Assembly: GCA_013697275.1 (NCBI GenBank) | Contig: JACCXC010000001.1 | Coordinates: 1 to 59,392, forward strand | From: Actinomycetota bacterium | GTDB lineage: Bacteria; Actinomycetota; Thermoleophilia; Gaiellales; Gaiellaceae | Direction: 5' to 3' | Length of the DNA: 59,392 bases | Shown: piece by piece, positions 9,509 through 17,432 of the stretch | How positions within the stretch are numbered: position 1 is the stretch's first letter | How the letters are laid out: the number at the start of each line of letters is the position of its first letter | The notes under the pieces: generated by a model | What the model was told of the DNA's origin: nothing | The model's input: the letters and a program-made list of their open reading frames with translations, nothing else | The model's database searches: none | Translations under genes and position numbers: made by a program

Positions 9509-11202
9509 CCGGCGTCCACCGCGAGCGGCACGACCTCGAAGCGGTCGACGTCGACGAGGCCCCGGTCGGTGATCTTCAGGGACGGGATGACGGAGAGCGC
9601 GAGGAAGGCGAGGCTCTGGAAGGGCGAGGGGAGGGTGCAGCCGAGCTTGCGGGCTGCCTCGACGCACTCGCGGCTCGCCTCGACCACGTCGTCGAGTCGG
9701 GCGATCGAGAGGAGACCCGCCACCGGAAGGCGGAGCTCGGCGCGGACGCCGCCCTCGTCGACGACGACGACTCCGCCGCCCGTCTCGGCGAGTCGGCGGA
9801 CGGCGCGGCGCATGTCGTGGTCGTTCACCCCGACGACTACGACGTTGTGGGCATCGTGCGCGACGGTCGACGCGAGCGCGCCGCGCTGGAGGCCGAAGCC
9901 ACGCACGAAGCCGAGCCCGATCCGTCCCGTCCCGAGGTGGCGCTCGACGACCGCGATCTTCGCCAGGTCGCGGGAGGGGTCTGCGACCGCGCGACCGTCC
10001 ACGACGGTCGGCTCCTCCTCGAGCGCTTCGGTCACGATCTGGTCGGGCACGATCCCGATTACGCGGGCCCGAGAGCCGTCCCAGGGGATGACGAACGCGG
10101 CCGAGCCGACGTCTCGGATCCGCACGGTGTGCTTCACCCACTCGGGCACCTCGGGCCGCGGGATCTCGACGACAGGCTTCCCGCTCTTCAGGACGAGCTC
10201 CGGTTCGAAGCGTTTCAGGTCGGGCAGCAGGAGGAGGTCGGCCTGGTAGCCGGGCGCGACCGCTCCGAGGTGGGAGAGCCCGTGCCAGCTCGCCGCGTTG
10301 AACGACGAGACGACCAGGGCGTCCTCTGGGGGAATCCCGGCCGCGACGGCCTCGCGCACCATCGAGTTCATGTGCCCGTCCGCGGCGATGTGCTCGGGCT
10401 CGCGGTCGTCCGTGCAGAAGGCGATGCGGTGCGGGCCGAACTCGCGGATGAGCGGCAGGAGCTCGTGCAGGTTGCGTGCGGCCGAGGCCTCGCGGATCAG
10501 AAGCCACATGCCGGCGCGGAGGCGCTGGCGTCCTTCCTCCAGCGTGTACGCCTCGTGGTCGGAGCGGATCCCGACCGAGGCGTAGGCGTTGAGCGCCTTG
10601 TCGACGACGCCCGGCGCGTGGCCGTCGACGTGGGTTGCTCCGCTCAGCGAAAGCTTCGCGAGCTCGGACTCGGCGCCGCTGATGACCCCGGGGAAGTTCA
10701 TCATCTCGGCGAGCCCGATCACGCGCCTGCGCCGCAGGAGACCCTCTAGGTCGCCCGGCGTCAGCCTCCGGCGCGGGCTCTCGAAGTCGGAGGCCGGCAC
10801 GCACGAGGACGCCATGAAGAAGACGTCGAGCGGGAGGTCATGGCAGAGGTCGGCGAGCCAGTGGACACCGTCCGTGCCGAGCACGTTCGCGATCTCGTGC
10901 GGGTCCGCCACGACCGCCGTCGTCCCAAGCGGGAGCACGAGGCGCGCGAACTCGTCCACGAGGAGCTTCGAGGACTCGAGATGCATATGGGCGTCGATGA
11001 AGCCGGGGACGACCCAGCGCCCGGTCGCGTCGAGGGCCTCATGGCCCTCGTAGTCGCCGAGGCCTGCCACGTAGCCGTCGACGATCGCGACGTCCGTCTC
11101 GAGCCATTCGCGCGTGAAGACGCAGAGGACCCGGCCTCCGCGGACGACGACGTCGGCCAGCTCGTCCCCCCGGGCCACCGCCAAGCGTCGCGCTAAGTCC
11201 AT
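9505..11202 (-). CDS. ade: adenine deaminase
   Basis: 565 aa from ATG 11202 (MDLARRLAVARGDELADVVVRGGRVL..). Motifs PGFIDAHMHLESS and GLAEMMNFPGV are present. The 83 upstream codons in the track ORF overlap the divergent gene and look non-coding. Confidence 0.85.
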   Translation of the reverse strand: MDLARRLAVARGDELADVVVRGGRVLCVFTREWLETDVAIVDGYVAGLGDYEGHEALDATGRWVVPGFIDAHMHLESSKLLVDEFARLVLPLGTTAVVADPHEIANVLGTDGVHWLADLCHDLPLDVFFMASSCVPASDFESPRRRLTPGDLEGLLRRRRVIGLAEMMNFPGVISGAESELAKLSLSGATHVDGHAPGVVDKALNAYASVGIRSDHEAYTLEEGRQRLRAGMWLLIREASAARNLHELLPLIREFGPHRIAFCTDDREPEHIAADGHMNSMVREAVAAGIPPEDALVVSSFNAASWHGLSHLGAVAPGYQADLLLLPDLKRFEPELVLKSGKPVVEIPRPEVPEWVKHTVRIRDVGSAAFVIPWDGSRARVIGIVPDQIVTEALEEEPTVVDGRAVADPSRDLAKIAVVERHLGTGRIGLGFVRGFGLQRGALASTVAHDAHNVVVVGVNDHDMRRAVRRLAETGGGVVVVDEGGVRAELRLPVAGLLSIARLDDVVEASRECVEAARKLGCTLPSPFQSLAFLALSVIPSLKITDRGLVDVDRFEVVPLAVDAG

Positions 11203-11203
11203 A

Positions 11204-11228
11204 GGCGCAAACGTACTACCCTTGCGCC
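11204..11228. promoter_or_regulatory. 7-11-7 inverted repeat GGCGCAA-N11-TTGCGCC filling the ade / xdh divergent intergenic region
   Basis: Only 27 nt separate the ade ATG (11202, minus) from the xdh GTG (11230, plus). The inverted repeat occupies 25 of those 27 nt. Confidence 0.4.
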
Positions 11229-11229
11229 C

Positions 11230-12018
11230 GTGGACGTCCTGACGCCGCGCACCCTCGATGAGGCGCTTCGCCTGCGCTCCGAGCATCCCGACGCCTGGCC
11301 GATCGACGGCGGCACGGACGTCCTCGTGGAGCTCAACTTCGACCGCGCGCGCCCTCCTGCGCTCCTCAACCTGAGCGAGATCCGCGAGCTCAAAGGCTGG
11401 TCTCGTGAGAACGGGACGCTGCGGCTCGGCGCGGGGCTCACCTATACGCAATGTCGTCAGGACCTGAGAGATGTCCTGCCCGCGCTCGCCGAGGCCTCGC
11501 GGACTGTCGGCTCGCCACAGATTCAGAACCGGGGCACGCTCGGAGGGAACCTCGGCACCTCGTCCCCCGCCGGGGACTCGCTTCCGCCGCTCCTCGTCGA
11601 GGGCGCCGAGGTCGAGCTCGCGAGCGTGCGTGGCGAGCGGCGCGTCCCGCTGGAGGAGTTCCTCGTCGGCCCGAAGCGGAACGCCATGCTCGCGAACGAG
11701 CTGATCGTGGCCGTCCGGGTCTCCCCGTCCGGAGCGCGCCAGACGTTTATGAAGGTCGGGCCGCGGAACGCGATGGTGATCGCAGTCGCCTCGCTCGCCC
11801 TATCCGCAGACCGTGAGCGCGGCGAGCTCCGCGCTGCGTACGGATCGGCCGGGCCGGTGCCGAAGCTCGTGACCGCGCCGCTCGCCGAGCGCGCCTCGTT
11901 CGCCGAGCGCGTCGCGGAGGCCGCGCAGCCGATCGACGACGTGCGCGGAACGGCCGTCTACCGGCGCCACGCGCTGCGCGTCCTGACGACTCGCGCTCTC
12001 GAGCGCTGCGCCGCGTGA
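11230..12018 (+). CDS. xanthine dehydrogenase family, FAD-binding (medium) subunit
   Basis: 262 aa. The N-terminus PRTLDEALRL..PIDGGTDVLVELNF and motif TVGSPQIQNRGTLGGNLGTSSPAGD match the CO dehydrogenase flavoprotein / FAD_binding_5 pattern. Confidence 0.85.
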   Translation: MDVLTPRTLDEALRLRSEHPDAWPIDGGTDVLVELNFDRARPPALLNLSEIRELKGWSRENGTLRLGAGLTYTQCRQDLRDVLPALAEASRTVGSPQIQNRGTLGGNLGTSSPAGDSLPPLLVEGAEVELASVRGERRVPLEEFLVGPKRNAMLANELIVAVRVSPSGARQTFMKVGPRNAMVIAVASLALSADRERGELRAAYGSAGPVPKLVTAPLAERASFAERVAEAAQPIDDVRGTAVYRRHALRVLTTRALERCAA

Positions 12019-12473
12019 GGATCACGCTCACTGTCAACGGCGAGGAGCGCGAGGCCGACGTCTGGGCGGGCGAGAGCCTCCTCTTCGCGCTGCGCGAGCG
12101 GCTCGGTCTCCCCGGCTCGAAGAACGCCTGCGAGCAGGGCGAGTGCGGCTCGTGCTCGGTGCTCCTCGACGGCGTCCTCGTCTGCGCATGCCTCGTCCTC
12201 GCCGCGCAGGCCGAGGGTCATGAGGTGGTGACCGTGGAGGGCCTAGGCTCCGACGGCCGCCTCCACGCCGTCCAGGAGGCATTCGTGCAGACGGGTGCCG
12301 TGCAGTGCGGGTTCTGTACGCCGGGGCTCGTGGTCGCCACCGCTGATCTGCTCGCCCGCCGGCCGGATCCCTCGGAGGACGAGATCCGCGAGGCGCTCTC
12401 GGGGAACCTCTGCCGCTGCACGGGCTACGCGAAGATCTTCGACGCCGTTCGCCTTGCGGCCGGGGCGGCATGA
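12015..12473 (+). CDS. xanthine dehydrogenase family, [2Fe-2S] (small) subunit
   Basis: 152 aa. Cys clusters are CEQGECGSC..C and CGFCTPG..CRCTGY. The start overlaps the upstream stop in a GTGA. Confidence 0.9.
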   Translation: MRITLTVNGEEREADVWAGESLLFALRERLGLPGSKNACEQGECGSCSVLLDGVLVCACLVLAAQAEGHEVVTVEGLGSDGRLHAVQEAFVQTGAVQCGFCTPGLVVATADLLARRPDPSEDEIREALSGNLCRCTGYAKIFDAVRLAAGAA

Positions 12474-12579
12474 GGACGAAGAAGCACGAGTCCGGCACGA
12501 AGCGTCACATCCGTGTGCGCTTTTCGGCGCTACGCTGGACAGCGGGTGGTGGGTGGTTCCAACCCCACCCTCGGGTGGG

Positions 12580-14838
12580 GTGCGGACCGTGAGTGCTCCG
12601 GCCCGCAAGCTCGAGCACGGGCGTGTCGGCGAGAGCGTCCTGCGGGTGGACGCGATTCCGAAGGTGACGGGCGAGTTCGCCTATTCGAGCGACCTCTTCG
12701 CCGCCGGGATGCTCTGGGGCCATACGCTGCGAAGTCCCCACGCCCACGCCGAGATCGAGTCGATCGACATCTCGGAGGCGGTCTCGATGCCGGGCGTCCA
12801 CGCCGTTCTCACGCACGAGGACGTCCCGGGCAAGAAGCTCTACGGGCTCGAGTTCGCCGACCAGCCCGTCCTCGCGATCAACCGCGTCCGTTACTTCGGC
12901 GAGCCGGTCGCCCTCGTCGCCGCCGAGCACCCCGAGCAAGCCCGCCGAGCGGCTGAGAAGATCCAAGTCCAGTACCAGCCGCTGGAACCGGTCGTCGACC
13001 CCGAGCGCGCGCTCGAGCAGGAGGACCTCCATCCGGAGCGCCCGACCGAGGAGGCCGGCTACTTCAACGATCCGCGCTCGAACGTCGTGCGCACGATCGT
13101 CATCCGGCACGGCGATCCCGACGCCGAGGGCGAGGTGTCCGTCTCGGGCGTCTACGAGCTCGGGATCCAGGACCAGGCCTTCCTCGGCCCCGAGTCCGGG
13201 CTCGCGGTACCCGATGGTGAGGGAGGCGTGGACGTCTATGTCGCGACGCAGTGGCTGCACGTTGACCGCGCCCAGGTCGCGCCGTGCCTCGACCTGCGGC
13301 CCGAGCAGGTCCGGATCCACCTCGCAGGCGTGGGAGGCGCGTTCGGGGGCCGCGAGGACCTGTCCATGCAGATCCACGGCGCCCTCCTCGCGCTCCATAC
13401 GGGTCGCCCAATCAAGATCGTCTACACCCGCGAGGAGTCGTTCGTCGGGCACGTGCACCGGCACCCGGCGCGGATCTGGATGGAGCACCGTGCGAACCAC
13501 GACGGGAAGCTCGTCAACGTGCGCGTGAGAATCCTCTTGGACGGCGGCGCGTACGCCTCGTCGACCACGGCGGTCACTTCGAACGCCTCCTCGTTCGCCC
13601 AGGGCCCCTACGCCGTTGCGAATGCGCTCGTCGAGACTACGTCCGTCTACACGAACAACCCGCCCTGCGGCGCGATGCGCGGCTTCGGAGCCGTGCAGGT
13701 CTGCTTCGCCCACGAGGCGCAGATGGACAAGCTCGCCGCCGAGCTCGCCCTGGATCCCGTTGACCTGCGCCTGCGAAACGCGATCGCGCAGGGCGACATC
13801 CTCCCGAACGGGCAGCGCATCACGGGCTCGCTCCCCGTCGCGGAGGTGATCCGCCGCTGCGCGGCTCTGCCTGTCCCCGAGCCGGAAGCGCTTCCGCGCG
13901 ATGCCATCCGCCTACCGGGCGGCGCGGGGAACGTCACGCGCGGCGAGGGCGTGAAGCGCGGCACCGGCTTCGCCGTCGGGTTCAAGAACATCTGCTACTC
14001 GCACGGCTTCGACGACTACTGCGCGGCGCGTGTGCGGCTTTTCGCGGACGCCTCCGGTGAGCTCGGCGCGGAGGTGCACTGCGCAGCGGCCGAGGTCGGG
14101 CAGGGCGTCACGAACGTGATCCTTCAGGTCGCCCGCACCGAGCTCGAGCTCGAGAACATCACGCTTGCGCCCCACCAGACGGCCACGGTCGACTCGGCCG
14201 GCTCCGCCTCCGCCTCACGCATGACCTGGATGGCCTCCGGTGCCGTACAGACGGCCTGCCGCGCCGCCCGCGAGGAGCTCGAGTCGCGCGGCGGCTCCCT
14301 GGCATCGGGCGACGAGGTCGACGTGGAGCGGGTCTACCGTCACCCGCAGACCTGGCCTCTCGACCCGGAGACCGGCCAGGTGCAGGGCGAGCGAGCGCAC
14401 GTCGCCTTCGTCTGCTCGGCAATGAAGGCGGTCGTCGAAGTCGACACGGAGCTCGGGCTCACGCGCGTGGTCTGGATCGGAACGGCGCAGGACATCGGCC
14501 GCGCGGTCAACCCGCAGGCGGTCTACGGCCAGATCGAGGGCGGCACGGCGCAGGGCCTCGGGCTAGCGCTCATGGAGGAGATCCAGACCCGCGACGGCCT
14601 CATAACCAACGCGAGTTTCACCGACTACCTGATCCCGACGGCACTCGATATGCCGCCCGTGGACGCCGTCCTCGTTGAAGAGCCAGATCCGGATGCGCCC
14701 TACGGCGCGAAAGGCGTAGGAGAGCCGCCGACGGTCGTCGCGACCGCGGCGGTCGTCGCCGCGCTACGCGATGCGACCGGGCTCGAGCTCACACGGGCGC
14801 CGGTACGGCCGGACCACCTGGCCGGACTTACGGCCTGA
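12580..14838 (+). CDS. xanthine dehydrogenase family, molybdopterin-binding (large) subunit
   Basis: About 752 aa. The N-terminus GESVLRVDAIPKVTGEFAYSSD matches the family. Aldehyde oxidase/XDH a/b-hammerhead and MoCo-binding regions are present (GGAFGGRE, GFGAVQ, AEVGQG, PYGAKGVGE). The start is uncertain: in-frame GTGs lie at 12553, 12580 and 12589. Confidence 0.85.
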   Translation: MRTVSAPARKLEHGRVGESVLRVDAIPKVTGEFAYSSDLFAAGMLWGHTLRSPHAHAEIESIDISEAVSMPGVHAVLTHEDVPGKKLYGLEFADQPVLAINRVRYFGEPVALVAAEHPEQARRAAEKIQVQYQPLEPVVDPERALEQEDLHPERPTEEAGYFNDPRSNVVRTIVIRHGDPDAEGEVSVSGVYELGIQDQAFLGPESGLAVPDGEGGVDVYVATQWLHVDRAQVAPCLDLRPEQVRIHLAGVGGAFGGREDLSMQIHGALLALHTGRPIKIVYTREESFVGHVHRHPARIWMEHRANHDGKLVNVRVRILLDGGAYASSTTAVTSNASSFAQGPYAVANALVETTSVYTNNPPCGAMRGFGAVQVCFAHEAQMDKLAAELALDPVDLRLRNAIAQGDILPNGQRITGSLPVAEVIRRCAALPVPEPEALPRDAIRLPGGAGNVTRGEGVKRGTGFAVGFKNICYSHGFDDYCAARVRLFADASGELGAEVHCAAAEVGQGVTNVILQVARTELELENITLAPHQTATVDSAGSASASRMTWMASGAVQTACRAAREELESRGGSLASGDEVDVERVYRHPQTWPLDPETGQVQGERAHVAFVCSAMKAVVEVDTELGLTRVVWIGTAQDIGRAVNPQAVYGQIEGGTAQGLGLALMEEIQTRDGLITNASFTDYLIPTALDMPPVDAVLVEEPDPDAPYGAKGVGEPPTVVATAAVVAALRDATGLELTRAPVRPDHLAGLTA

Positions 14839-15316
14839 TCAACGTCAGAGCGGCTCCGACCGCAAGGAGCGCGATCCCGACCATCCGGACCGGAGTGAGG
14901 CCGATCTGCTCGAGGCCGAACCAGCCGAAGCGGTCGATCGTCGCCGATGCGACGAGGTTGCCGGCGATGATGAGCGCGATCGTCGTCGTCGTTCCGACGC
15001 GTGGCGGGCCGAGGGCGACCGCGAAGACGATGACGGCACTCATGATCCCCGCCGTCCACATCCAGGCCGGCGAGCGCGCGCCCTCGGCGAGCCCCGAGAG
15101 CGACTGCCGCGCCACGAGCACGGTGCCGACCGCGACCAGGGTCGTGATGCAGCTCGCGAACGCAACGGCCTCGATCACGCCGATCCGCTCGCCGAAGCGC
15201 CCCATAACCGCAGCCTGGGCCGCGCCGGCCAGGCCGGCGACAAGACACACGACGACGGTGGCGACAGCCGCCCCGGACACGGCGGCGAGCCTATCCGGGC
15301 GGCGGCCCGTTAGCAT
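14828..15316 (-). CDS. DUF606 / YdcZ-like DMT-superfamily membrane protein
   Basis: 162 aa from ATG 15316, with five predicted hydrophobic helices. The longer track ORF (to 16054) is antisense to the crotonase gene. The 3' end overlaps the xdh large subunit by 11 nt. Confidence 0.6.
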   Translation of the reverse strand: MLTGRRPDRLAAVSGAAVATVVVCLVAGLAGAAQAAVMGRFGERIGVIEAVAFASCITTLVAVGTVLVARQSLSGLAEGARSPAWMWTAGIMSAVIVFAVALGPPRVGTTTTIALIIAGNLVASATIDRFGWFGLEQIGLTPVRMVGIALLAVGAALTLIRP

Positions 15317-15322
15317 CGCCGC

Positions 15323-16138
15323 ATGACTCAGCCGACCTATCCGAGCCCGCTCGACCCGGCCGAGCTCGGCTTCGAGAAGATCGTCTACGAGAAGGTGCCG
15401 CCCCGGGCGACGATCACGATGAACCGCCCCGAGGTCCTGAACGCGTTCGACTTCCAGCTCCTTCGGGAGCTCGCCCGTGCCTGCGAGGACGCCTCCTACG
15501 ACGACGAGATTCGCGTGGTCGTGCTGACCGGTGCGGGCCGCGCTTTCTGCGTCGGCGCCGACCTGAGGAACTGGGCCAACGAGTACCTGGGGAAGCCGAA
15601 CGAGTACTGGAAATGGTTCGGCGCGTTCAAGGACGCGCACGACCGGCTGCGGGAGATCGGCAAGCCCACCCTGGCGCGCATCAATGGAATCTGCGTGGGC
15701 GGCGGGAACGAGCTCCAGATGGCGTGCGACCTCGCGGTCATGGTGGACGATGCGTTCATCCGCCACGTCGGCCCCGAGCACGGCTCGGTGCCTGCCGGCG
15801 GCGCGACGCAGTGGCTGACGATCTTCGTCGGCGACCGTCGCGCCCGCGAGATCGTCCTCATGTGCGAGGAGCTTCCCGCACGGAAGGCCGAGGAGTGGGG
15901 CCTTGTCAACTGGGCGGTTCCGGCCGCGGAGCTCGACGCGAAGGTCGACGCGGTGGTCGAGAACCTCGCCCGCAAGCTCCCGCAGACCACTCGCTACGCG
16001 AAGCAGCATCTGAACTTCTGGAAGGACTTCGCCTGGCACGAGACGATCAACCACGCGCGCGACTGGCTCGCCCTCTCGATGGCGACGGAGGAGCCGCAGG
16101 CGGCGGTGCGCCGCTTCGTCGAGAAGGAGCGGCCCTGA
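15323..16138 (+). CDS. enoyl-CoA hydratase/isomerase (crotonase) family protein, MenB/BadI-like
   Basis: 271 aa. Motifs are ITMNRPEVLNAF, VVVLTGAGRAFCVGADL and INGICVGGGNELQMACDL. Confidence 0.85.
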   Translation: MTQPTYPSPLDPAELGFEKIVYEKVPPRATITMNRPEVLNAFDFQLLRELARACEDASYDDEIRVVVLTGAGRAFCVGADLRNWANEYLGKPNEYWKWFGAFKDAHDRLREIGKPTLARINGICVGGGNELQMACDLAVMVDDAFIRHVGPEHGSVPAGGATQWLTIFVGDRRAREIVLMCEELPARKAEEWGLVNWAVPAAELDAKVDAVVENLARKLPQTTRYAKQHLNFWKDFAWHETINHARDWLALSMATEEPQAAVRRFVEKERP

Positions 16139-16494
16139 CCGACCAGCTCCGGCTCGTCGAGGCGCGGTGGGCCGCCGCGATCGAGGAACGCGACGTGGTC
16201 GCGGCCGAGCAGCTGCTGGCTGACGACTTCGTGCTCTCGAGCACGGGGGGCGTGGGCGAGCAGGTCACGCGGGGAGCGTGGCTCGAGACCCTGGGCGAGA
16301 TCGACACGAGGTCCCTGAGATGCGACGTGCGCGAGGTCCGCGTCTTCGGCGACACCGCCGTTGTGCACGCGCGCCTGCGCTGGGACGCGACGCTCGGCGA
16401 GCGCGACCTGACGGGCGAGTACGCCGTCGCTGACGTCTTCACGATGCGCGGCGAGAGCTGGCGCGCGTCGTGGAGGATCTCGGTTCGGCTATGA
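16135..16494 (+). CDS. SnoaL-like / DUF4440 (NTF2-fold) protein; probable CTG start
   Basis: The domain reads LTDQLRLVEARWAAAIEERDVVAAEQLLADDFVLSS..WRISVRL. No ATG, GTG or TTG lies in frame between the upstream gene's last codons and the domain start. CTG 16135-16137 overlaps the upstream TGA 16136-16138. The stop overlaps the next ATG (ATGA). Confidence 0.55.
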   Translation: MTDQLRLVEARWAAAIEERDVVAAEQLLADDFVLSSTGGVGEQVTRGAWLETLGEIDTRSLRCDVREVRVFGDTAVVHARLRWDATLGERDLTGEYAVADVFTMRGESWRASWRISVRL

Positions 16495-17267
16495 GCGCGG
16501 ACGCCCTCGTCCTCGTCGAGCGCGACGAGCCGATCGTAGTCGTCACGCTCAACCGCCCGAAGCAGCTGAACGCGCTCTCCGAGCCGCTGATGGAGGAGCT
16601 CGTCGAGCGCCTGGCCGAGCTCGACCGCGACCCGGCGATCCGTTGCATCGTGCTCGCGGGCTCCGAGCGGGCCTTCGCGGCCGGCGCGGACATCGGGGAG
16701 ATGGCCGAGGCGGGCGCAATCGACATGCTCTACGCCCGCCGGGTTGAACGTTGGGACGCGATCCGCAAGCTCTGGACGCCGCTCGTCGCCGCCGTCTCGG
16801 GCTTTTGCCTCGGCGGGGGAAACGAGCTCGCGATGAGCTGCGACCTGATCGTCGCGTCCGAAACGGCGAAGTTCGGCCAGCCCGAGACCGGCCTCGGGAT
16901 CATCCCCGGAGCGGGCGGGACGCAGCGGCTCACGCGCGCGATCGGGAAGGCGAAGGCCATGGACGTCGTGCTCTCGGGGCGCTTTCTCGACGCCCGCGAG
17001 GCTGAGCGCGCGGGCCTCGTGGCGCGTGTCGTCGCCCGCGAGGCCTGGCTCGAGGAGGCCAAGCATGTTGCGCGCGAGATCGCCGCGAAGGCGCCGGTCG
17101 CCCAGCGCCTGGCCAAGGAGGCCGTGAACCGGGCCTACGAGACCACCCTCGAGCTCGGCCTCGAGCACGAGCGAAGGCTCCTCTACCTGGCGTTCGCCTC
17201 CGACGACGCCCGCGAGGGCCTGACCGCCTTCGCCGAGAAGCGCGACCCAGACTTCCAGGGGCGCTGA
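16491..17267 (+). CDS. enoyl-CoA hydratase (PaaF/Ech-like)
   Basis: 258 aa from the ATG in the ATGA overlap (MSADALVLVERDEPIVVVTLNRPKQLNAL..). Motifs are AGSERAFAAGADI and GFCLGGGNELAMSCD. The C-terminus is EKRDPDFQGR. Confidence 0.85.
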   Translation: MSADALVLVERDEPIVVVTLNRPKQLNALSEPLMEELVERLAELDRDPAIRCIVLAGSERAFAAGADIGEMAEAGAIDMLYARRVERWDAIRKLWTPLVAAVSGFCLGGGNELAMSCDLIVASETAKFGQPETGLGIIPGAGGTQRLTRAIGKAKAMDVVLSGRFLDAREAERAGLVARVVAREAWLEEAKHVAREIAAKAPVAQRLAKEAVNRAYETTLELGLEHERRLLYLAFASDDAREGLTAFAEKRDPDFQGR

Positions 17268-17296
17268 CCGCTCGCGCGCGCGTGATGCTGGACCCC

Positions 17297-17315
17297 AGGG
17301 GGCCTTCGGCCCCTT
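17297..17315 (+). terminator. short GC stem-loop after the crotonase gene (weak terminator candidate)
   Basis: AGGGGGCC-ttc-GGCCCCTT lies 30 nt after the stop at 17267. There is no real T-tract. Confidence 0.25.
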
Positions 17316-17432
17316 GCCCCCATGCGGACAGCGTAGGACAGATTTTCGCATACGTGTCGCGCAATCTGCATCGAGTCGCTCTCGAGTCTCCCATGAGAGA
17401 ATCACGACGGCCGGCCGTTCGTTGAGAGCCCC

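Noticed and set aside
9509-10804. N-terminal extensions of several track ORFs, for example 8177..10804, 9505..11451, 12295..14838, 17630..19393, 24909..26867, 34035..36047 and 38848..41040.
   Set aside because: The extensions run through the preceding gene in a different frame and are compositionally aberrant. Each gene was trimmed to the in-frame start where family-typical sequence begins. That start usually coincides with an NTGA overlap with the upstream stop.
17268-17432. The largest non-coding gap (165 nt), considered as a possible tRNA, small RNA or riboswitch. It contains a short hairpin, a GACAG direct repeat and the 12-bp palindrome ACGGCCGGCCGT (17407..17418) just upstream of ltrA.
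   Set aside because: There is no tRNA-like T-arm or anticodon-stem arrangement, and no riboswitch core that I recognise. Short GC palindromes are expected by chance at this GC content. I keep it only as probable promoter/5'-UTR DNA for ltrA.
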